This document shows, in pieces, positions 1-7,210 of a stretch of DNA of 10,127 nucleotides. Below the pieces are notes generated by a model. That model worked only from the letters and a program-made list of their open reading frames with translations. It searched no databases and was not told where the DNA came from. The translations under genes and the position numbers were made by a program. Position 1 is the first letter of the stretch. Every line of letters begins with the position of its first letter. This stretch comes from Pseudomonadota bacterium. GTDB taxonomy: Bacteria > UBA10199 > 2-02-FULL-44-16 > JAAZCA01. The stretch covers positions 1-10,127 of the forward strand of contig JBDRBN010000064.1 in the NCBI GenBank assembly GCA_043822785.1, in the 5' to 3' direction.

Positions 1-3
1 CTT

Positions 4-1569
<1,566 letters not shown>

Positions 1570-1673
1570 TATTCTGTTATCGCCCGCAAACTAAGTTGCG
1601 AACGATGTTTCTTAATTCACACCATCTCCTAGGAGACGGTGAGCCCATTTAAAAACGCGCGTATATTTATCCG

Positions 1674-1694
1674 CTATTCAGTTTTCAAAGAGCG
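1674..1694 (-). promoter_or_regulatory. rrn leader antitermination boxA-like element / processing-stem strand
   Basis: The minus strand reads CGCTCTTTGAAAACTGAATAG about 105-125 nt upstream of the 16S 5' end, resembling boxA (TGCTCTTTAACA) and the typical leader sequence that follows it. Confidence 0.75.
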
Positions 1695-1700
1695 CTCGAC

Positions 1701-1739
1701 AAAAAAAAGAACTTGTGCGCGCTTGCGCGCGAGTTCTTT
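1701..1739 (-). promoter_or_regulatory. boxB-like hairpin in the rrn leader, followed by a U-tract
   Basis: Inverted repeat AAAGAACT (1706-1713) / AGTTCTTT (1732-1739) encloses CGCGC-GCAA-GCGCG (GNRA loop) on the minus strand, immediately upstream of boxA. Confidence 0.55.
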
Positions 1740-1802
1740 AACTGCTTGATTTCATTGGGGTTTACAGCGTGTCTTAAGATCCCCGTTTAAAGCGTGACGC
1801 TG

Positions 1803-1863
1803 CTTCTATATAAGTTACCGCTGCGTGTCAACAGCTCATTTAAAAGAAAAATGTTTTTTTTAT
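1803..1863 (-). promoter_or_regulatory. sigma70-type rRNA promoter with A/T-rich UP element
   Basis: The minus strand has a perfect -35 TTGACA (1831-1826), a 17-nt spacer and an imperfect -10 TAGAAG (1808-1803). An A/T tract at ~1838-1863 lies upstream. Confidence 0.7.
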
Positions 1864-1943
1864 TGAGATTACCGCCGCATAAAAATGCCACGAAATTTGA
1901 CGGTATTGCCTTGTTTCTCAAAATGATCTTTCAATCATCAAGC

Positions 1944-1956
1944 TAATCCCTTGAAA
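1944..1956. promoter_or_regulatory. putative IHF-binding site upstream of sigma54 promoter 1
   Basis: TAATCCCTTGAAA has one mismatch to the IHF core YAAnnnnTTGATW and lies just upstream of the -24 element. Confidence 0.4.
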
Positions 1957-1972
1957 TTACAGAACAATGTAA

Positions 1973-1988
1973 TGGCACAGGTATTGCT
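1973..1988 (+). promoter_or_regulatory. sigma54 (RpoN) -24/-12 promoter for the peptide/radical SAM operon
   Basis: TGGCAC-AGGTA-TTGCT is an exact match to TGGCAC-N5-TTGC(A/T), ~40 nt upstream of the ATG at 2031. Confidence 0.8.
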
Positions 1989-2030
1989 GATTATTTCTGT
2001 TGGCAAAAAATAATTATAAGGAGGTAATTT

Positions 2031-2171
2031 ATGAAAAAGAAAATTACGGCATCAAAAGCCAAGAGGATTCCTCCTGGAATGAAAAGGTATCCAAAGGTCG
2101 GGATCAAAACAGCCAAGGCACAAGCCCAAAAACAACCGCGGCGTAAGTTTATAACTTATGGCACGTGGTAA
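2031..2171 (+). CDS. small Lys-rich peptide A (46 aa), putative RiPP precursor: MKKKITASKAKRIPPGMKRYPKVGIKTAKAQAQKQPRRKFITYGTW
   Basis: Hand-translated. It has a strong SD (TAAGGAGGT) before the ATG, sits directly behind the sigma54 promoter, and shares the motif P[KR][VI]G[IV]KTxK with the next ORF. Confidence 0.8.
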   Translation: MKKKITASKAKRIPPGMKRYPKVGIKTAKAQAQKQPRRKFITYGTW

Positions 2172-2181
2172 GGAGGAATTT

Positions 2182-2325
2182 ATGGAAAGGAAAAAAATAG
2201 GAGCAAGAATCAAGAATCCAAGTAAAAACAAAAAAAAGGAGCCGCGTATTGGTGTAAAAACATATAAAAAAGTTCAAAAAGCAATGAAGAAGAAAGTGGG
2301 GGCAATGAATCTATTTGAAGGTTGA
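2182..2325 (+). CDS. small Lys-rich peptide B (47 aa), putative RiPP precursor: MERKKIGARIKNPSKNKKKEPRIGVKTYKKVQKAMKKKVGAMNLFEG
   Basis: Hand-translated. Its SD (TAAGGAGG) overlaps the stop of peptide A, its stop abuts the radical SAM start, and it carries the shared motif at the same residue position (Pro21). Confidence 0.8.
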   Translation: MERKKIGARIKNPSKNKKKEPRIGVKTYKKVQKAMKKKVGAMNLFEG

Positions 2326-2333
2326 ATAGCTTT

Positions 2334-4133
2334 ATGAAAAAAATGCGAACTCTTCTTATGTCTTTGCCATGGCCAGATCATCACTGGCCATCTGCTCAGA
2401 TTGGAACCCTTGCAGCTTATGCAAAAAAGCACGGCTTCCAAATCGATGCGCTGCACTCGCACTTGGAAGCCGCAGCTTTCATGGGAATCAATGCCTATGA
2501 AGACATTGCATATAAGACCGGCCCACATGCAGGTGAAGTGCTTTGCGCAGCCCTTCTGTTTCCTGAAAAAAAGCAAGAAGCACTCAAATACATTAGTCGT
2601 CATCTTCCTAAAGCTGAAAAGCATATCGTTCGGTTAAACCGTGCGCTTAGGAAAATTTATCGATCCGTAGATTGGCCCAAGTATGCCCTGGTTGGATTTA
2701 CGATTCACTCTCAACAATTATTTGCATCCCTTGTCTTCGCACAATGGATTAAGCGGGATTATCCAGATATGCGTATAATTTTTGGCGGCCAGTGTGTTGA
2801 AGGTGAATTTGGTTCGTCAATCATCGAACTCTTTCCCCAGGTTGATTGGTGCGTTGATGGAGATGGGGAAAAATCATTTGTATCTTTGTTAAGAGCTTTA
2901 CACAAACGTAAGAAGAAATTTGAACGCCATATTCCTGGTTTAATCTATCGAACTGATGAAGGAATAAAACGCAACCCATGCAGCCCTTTGCTAAGCCTAA
3001 AGGGCATGCCTGATCCAGACTACGATCATTATTTTAAAACGTTAAATACGCATCCTCTTTTAAATGATCTTGCTATAACTCCATGCGTTCCGGTTGAAGC
3101 CAGCCGTGGGTGCGCTTATCGGTGCGCATTCTGTACCATGTCATTCGCACACAATAATCGAACTCGCCCTTCATTAGAAATTGCAAATTCAATAGATCGT
3201 CTGTGCAAACGCTTTTGTGTAGATAGATTTGATATCGTGGCAACTATGCTAGACCTTGCATATTGTAATGAGCTCGCATCTCATCTTATTTCTCATAAAC
3301 GATCATATAAAATCATGAGCGCGATAAGGGCTAATACGCCAAAGGAGCTTCTTATCTTAATGAAGCGCGCTGGCATTTTATACCACACGATAGGCCTGGA
3401 AGCGTTTGATTCTTCGCTTCTTAAAAAGATGAACAAGGGCACCAGATGCATAGACAATATTAATATTCTAAAGCGCTGCGAAGTGTTGGGCATAATGCCT
3501 TTTGGTAATCTTTTGATCAACTTTCCAACTGAATCGCAAAAAGAGATCGATAGAAGTGTATGGGCAATGGATTATGCTTCATCTTTTGCTCCACCAGCCC
3601 ATGTCTCAACGTTTCACTTGAGCTCTGGCTCTTTGATATATCATCATCCAAAAAAATACGGAGTATGTCGTGTTGATAGAGCAAGCAAACTGGCATCTAT
3701 TCTTCCAAAGGATATCGGTAAGAGAATCAAGCTATGGGATATTGGATTTAAGACAAAGCGCAGACCCAATGACTATCGAAAATTTAATAAGCGTCTTGAA
3801 AGCTGGCGTAAGAAATACGAAAAAGCAGAAGCAAATAATCATCCTTTGCTTTATTATTCAGATTGCAAAGATTTCTTGAAGATTGAAGATTCAAGGCATA
3901 GCCTGCGCATAATAACCTTAGAAGGCTGGATGCGGGAGGTTTATCTGTTCTGTGACGATATAAAGAGTTTTGATAAAATCAAAAAAAGATTTCCTGATGT
4001 GAGCGAAAGGACGCTTAGGAGAACGCTCAATAAACTCTTCAAACTCAAGGTCATGTTCAATGAAGGCAACGACTGGCTCTCGCTTGCCATACACGCATCG
4101 CCAGAAAACCGCAGGCATATGCCGTTTTTGTAG
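2334..4133 (+). CDS. cobalamin-dependent (class B) radical SAM protein, RiPP-maturation C-methyltransferase-like
   Basis: N-terminal LLMSLPW..PSAQIGTLAAY, LVGFT, IIFGG and DGDGE fit a B12-binding domain. PDPDYDHYF and EASRG-CAYRCAFC (CX3CX2C, 3111-3134) are followed by IGLE, LLKKMNKG and NFPTE radical SAM core motifs. The C-terminal extension ends in a wHTH-like segment. The start is ATG 2334 or TTG 2322. Confidence 0.88.
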   Translation: MKKMRTLLMSLPWPDHHWPSAQIGTLAAYAKKHGFQIDALHSHLEAAAFMGINAYEDIAYKTGPHAGEVLCAALLFPEKKQEALKYISRHLPKAEKHIVRLNRALRKIYRSVDWPKYALVGFTIHSQQLFASLVFAQWIKRDYPDMRIIFGGQCVEGEFGSSIIELFPQVDWCVDGDGEKSFVSLLRALHKRKKKFERHIPGLIYRTDEGIKRNPCSPLLSLKGMPDPDYDHYFKTLNTHPLLNDLAITPCVPVEASRGCAYRCAFCTMSFAHNNRTRPSLEIANSIDRLCKRFCVDRFDIVATMLDLAYCNELASHLISHKRSYKIMSAIRANTPKELLILMKRAGILYHTIGLEAFDSSLLKKMNKGTRCIDNINILKRCEVLGIMPFGNLLINFPTESQKEIDRSVWAMDYASSFAPPAHVSTFHLSSGSLIYHHPKKYGVCRVDRASKLASILPKDIGKRIKLWDIGFKTKRRPNDYRKFNKRLESWRKKYEKAEANNHPLLYYSDCKDFLKIEDSRHSLRIITLEGWMREVYLFCDDIKSFDKIKKRFPDVSERTLRRTLNKLFKLKVMFNEGNDWLSLAIHASPENRRHMPFL

Positions 4134-4183
4134 ATTCGCCAATTATTTGACGAATTATCAAAACTGGAAACTGATCATTAACG

Positions 4184-4196
4184 TAATGCATTGATT
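4184..4196. promoter_or_regulatory. putative IHF-binding site upstream of sigma54 promoter 2
   Basis: TAATGCATTGATT exactly matches YAAnnnnTTGATW and lies ~25 nt upstream of the -24 element. Confidence 0.5.
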
Positions 4197-4221
4197 TATC
4201 GAGATAATTTATAGCAAAGTC

Positions 4222-4237
4222 CGGCATGGGTTTTGCT
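4222..4237 (+). promoter_or_regulatory. sigma54 (RpoN) -24/-12 promoter for the secreted-protein operon
   Basis: CGGCAT-GGGTT-TTGCT keeps the invariant GG-N10-GC spacing and lies ~55 nt upstream of the ATG at 4291 (SD AGGAGG). Confidence 0.65.
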
Positions 4238-4290
4238 ATTCATAAATATGATCTAATTATCAAGACATAAGGGGTGGAACAGGAGGAAAT

Positions 4291-5262
4291 ATGAGAAAAA
4301 TCACAATCATGATGATAGCTGTGGCATTAGTGCTTGCGGGCATAAGTTCAGTGGCCTGGGCTAAAAAGGCCGGACCTGCCGAGGAAGCAGAGCGGGCAGT
4401 TGACATGCCAATATCTGCAGAGCTAATAATAATACCTGGATTCTCACCTAATGAAGAGGACTATTGGATAGGAATCGACCTTGACGAAGTTAAGAATGAA
4501 TATTTCCTTGTGTATTATGGGTTATTCCGAGAGGGATATTATTACTCCGATCTCAAAGATATCTTCGAAAACGCTAATCTAGAGGCGAAGATCGAAAAGG
4601 AGATCGCTGACGCGGCTGACAGTCCCATTGCGATTACAGAGCAGAACATGCTTCCCTTTGAAGTTTATAAGAAGCGACCGGCAGACTTAAAAGATGTGAT
4701 AGAACACAGACGTGCAATTCCAGCCCATTGTGAATCCATTATAACCAACGAAGGAAGAGGCGCATTTCGGTGTACAGGTACAACACACAGCGCTGGAGGG
4801 AATAATCGCGCTGAACTAGTTTCCTATCTTTTTGATCAACAACCAATATTATGGGAGATCATGTTTCGCGCTGCAGATCCGCCCATCGAGACAGACTACT
4901 TTCTAGCTAGAAGGTTGCTTCTTCAGACAAATAACGATGATCATGATAAGAACGGCATTCCTGATCTGTTCGAGAAGCCAACTCTATTGGCTAGGTTTAA
5001 AGAGCTTTTTCAGCCGGATGAGCCTGTCGCACCTCCTGCCCCACCTCCAGACGAGCCTACACCTCCCGCTGAGCCCACACCACCTGCTCTCCCTCCAGAG
5101 AGCATCCCTGCCCCAACTGATCTAGGCGAAGTCTATGAACTAGAGCCTGAAACCGCTGGAGATGGCGGTGGCTGCAATCTGATATCTGCTGTATCGGCAA
5201 ACCCAGCAAGTTTCTTAATAATAGCAGCGCTACTCGCCTTGGTGCGCAGGCGGATGAAGTAA
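4291..5262 (+). CDS. secreted surface-anchored protein, paralog 1 (signal peptide, unknown domain, Pro-rich linker, GGGC-TM-RRR sorting tail)
   Basis: SD AGGAGG; signal peptide ending VAWA; DHDKNGIPD Ca-binding-like motif; Pro-rich linker; C-terminal GGGCNLIS...LLALVRRRMK. Confidence 0.9.
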   Translation: MRKITIMMIAVALVLAGISSVAWAKKAGPAEEAERAVDMPISAELIIIPGFSPNEEDYWIGIDLDEVKNEYFLVYYGLFREGYYYSDLKDIFENANLEAKIEKEIADAADSPIAITEQNMLPFEVYKKRPADLKDVIEHRRAIPAHCESIITNEGRGAFRCTGTTHSAGGNNRAELVSYLFDQQPILWEIMFRAADPPIETDYFLARRLLLQTNNDDHDKNGIPDLFEKPTLLARFKELFQPDEPVAPPAPPPDEPTPPAEPTPPALPPESIPAPTDLGEVYELEPETAGDGGGCNLISAVSANPASFLIIAALLALVRRRMK

Positions 5263-5271
5263 GGAGGAGTT

Positions 5272-6102
5272 ATGAAGAAAATCACTATTGTGATGATGGC
5301 CATGATGCTGGTGCTTGCAAGCACGACTTCATGGGCCGGTGATGAGTGCACCGAATATAAGATCTTCTTCTCTGATAATGAAAATGACTACATGACGATG
5401 TTCCACACCAACATGGATAAGAAAAAATATTATATTATCTATTATGGCAAAATGAGCCCTAATCGTAATTTTTCTGAACTTACGAAGATTTTCAAAGATT
5501 ATGGTAATGATTACCACCCCAATATCGATAAAATAATCAAGAAATATGAAGATATTGCAAATGAGAAGATGCTTCCCTTTGATTGGTGGACTGGCCCTGC
5601 AGGCAGCACTGCAGTGCCATCTAATTGTGAAGCTATTCAAGGGGGCATTTCATTCCGCTGCACCAGTGAGAAGATGGATATCACAGGGGCGTTTAATCGC
5701 GAAGAGGTGATTGCGCTATACGACAGTAATAAGGTCGGGTTCAGAGCTGCGGACCCATGTATTGTTTCTACCTCATACTGGAAATTTAAAGATATGTTAT
5801 CGAGAGGCGAGAATGATGATAAAGATGTCGACGGCGTACCGGATTCCTTTGAAGTTCTACCCGAGGACACCGCAGAATCTACTGAAGAGGCTGCCGAACC
5901 TTCCGAGGAGATCACGCCTCCATCCGATATAAGCGAGCCCTCGGCACCGCTACCTGCTAGTACGCCTCAGGATGTTTTTAAGGGCCCTGTGGGGTTTGAC
6001 GAGGGTGGCGCATGTAATCTCATATCCACTGCATCAGTAAATCCAGCGAGCTTCTTAATTGTAGCAGCGCTTCTGGCCCTTGTGCGCAGGAGGAAGAAGT
6101 AG
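5272..6102 (+). CDS. secreted surface-anchored protein, paralog 2
   Basis: SD TAAGGAG; signal peptide ending TSWA; shares the YYG, NEKMLPF, PSNC, FRC, FRAADP and DxDGVPDSFE motifs; acidic/Pro linker; GGACNLIS...VRRRKK tail. Confidence 0.9.
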   Translation: MKKITIVMMAMMLVLASTTSWAGDECTEYKIFFSDNENDYMTMFHTNMDKKKYYIIYYGKMSPNRNFSELTKIFKDYGNDYHPNIDKIIKKYEDIANEKMLPFDWWTGPAGSTAVPSNCEAIQGGISFRCTSEKMDITGAFNREEVIALYDSNKVGFRAADPCIVSTSYWKFKDMLSRGENDDKDVDGVPDSFEVLPEDTAESTEEAAEPSEEITPPSDISEPSAPLPASTPQDVFKGPVGFDEGGACNLISTASVNPASFLIVAALLALVRRRKK

Positions 6103-6114
6103 AAGGGAGAGAAT

Positions 6115-7140
6115 ATGAAAAAGATCACAATTCTATTGATGGCTGTGGCGCTTGTGTTTGTGAGCGTAACTTCGAGGGCTGATGACTGCGCTGAATACAA
6201 AAACTTCTTCTCCACTAATAAATCTAACTACGCACTGGTGGTAGAGATAGATGTGGAGGGTAACTATTCATTCGTTGTATACGGCAAGTTGTACCCTGGT
6301 AAGAACCTCACTGATCTCCAACAGAAATTCCTTGATGTCTATGACAATGATCTGCCTGATAACTTGATAGAAGCAAAGAAGTTGAATGCGTATGGAGACG
6401 CAGTTCTAAATGAGAAGATGCTCGCTTTTGCTCTTATGAAAGGCGCCCCATCATGCAGCAAAACCAGTTCACATACGGTCGTTGCAAGCAATTGTATTGC
6501 AGCTAATCCACCCTGGAACACTTCATTCCTCTGTAAAAGCGTGAAGAAACCCACAAACGGAAAAAATGCCCAAAAACTGATTCAGGAGACCATTGATTAT
6601 TTTGAGGACGCAGGTTTTCCATTTGTGGCCCGCTTTGGCGCTGCAGATCCCTGCATCTATTCTAGTCCTGACCTGTTGGTTCAGGAAATGGCGAAAAAGG
6701 GATCTGCTGAGGTTGACAATGACAAGAATGGAATTCTAGACTCATTCGAGAAGCCATCTCTATTCTTAAGTAAAGACATCCTTGCATTCAACCTTGTAGA
6801 CAATTCACAGCCACAGCCACAACCACAGCCACAGCCACAGCCGCCTCCAGCAGAACCACCGGCTATTCCACCCCCAGCTGAAATTCTGAGTGAGGGTGAC
6901 CAAGATGGCGACGGCGTACCAGATATAGAAGATGAGTGTCCTCAAGAGGCTGGTCTTGCTGGACAGTTCGGCTGCCCTTCTGGTGAAAGTGAGGTCACTG
7001 CGCTAGCCGCTGGCGCTGGAGATGATGTAGCCCCAAAAGAAGGCGGTGGCTGCAATCTCATTTCCGTTGCATCAGTAAATCCAGTAGGCTTCTTAATAAT
7101 AGCTGCACTTCTGGCAGTCGTGCGAAGAAGAATGAAATAG
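6115..7140 (+). CDS. secreted surface-anchored protein, paralog 3, with an extra thrombospondin type 3-like Ca-binding repeat
   Basis: Signal peptide ending TSRA; same conserved motifs as paralogs 1 and 2; (QP)6 linker; DQDGDGVPDIEDECP...GCP repeat; GGGCNLIS...VRRRMK tail. Confidence 0.9.
   Translation: MKKITILLMAVALVFVSVTSRADDCAEYKNFFSTNKSNYALVVEIDVEGNYSFVVYGKLYPGKNLTDLQQKFLDVYDNDLPDNLIEAKKLNAYGDAVLNEKMLAFALMKGAPSCSKTSSHTVVASNCIAANPPWNTSFLCKSVKKPTNGKNAQKLIQETIDYFEDAGFPFVARFGAADPCIYSSPDLLVQEMAKKGSAEVDNDKNGILDSFEKPSLFLSKDILAFNLVDNSQPQPQPQPQPQPPPAEPPAIPPPAEILSEGDQDGDGVPDIEDECPQEAGLAGQFGCPSGESEVTALAAGAGDDVAPKEGGGCNLISVASVNPVGFLIIAALLAVVRRRMK
6808..6843 (+). repeat. in-frame hexamer tandem repeat (CAGCCA)x6, degenerate, encoding (QP)6
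   Basis: cagcca cagcca caacca cagcca cagcca cagccg. Confidence 0.9.
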
Positions 7141-7210
7141 AGAATGGTTTGTGCGGAGTGATGCAAAGGCACATCTGGCCAAATCGTGAGCCGCATTGAG
7201 GAGCCCTGAG

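Noticed and set aside
1580..1641. Small hairpins between boxA and the 16S start (e.g. CACCATCTCC-TA-GGAGACGGTG, 1620-1641)
   Set aside because: This is ordinary rRNA leader structure. No tRNA cloverleaf was seen.
2031..2050. Peptide A start MKKKIT resembles the MKKITI starts of the secreted proteins
   Set aside because: No hydrophobic h-region follows, so it is not a signal peptide. Lys-rich, A-rich starts are common.
2031..2325. Small basic ORFs as ribosomal proteins (bL34, bL36, bS21 etc.), given proximity to rrn
   Set aside because: They contain no recognisable ribosomal protein motif, are paralogous to each other, and are transcribed away from rrn along with the radical SAM gene.
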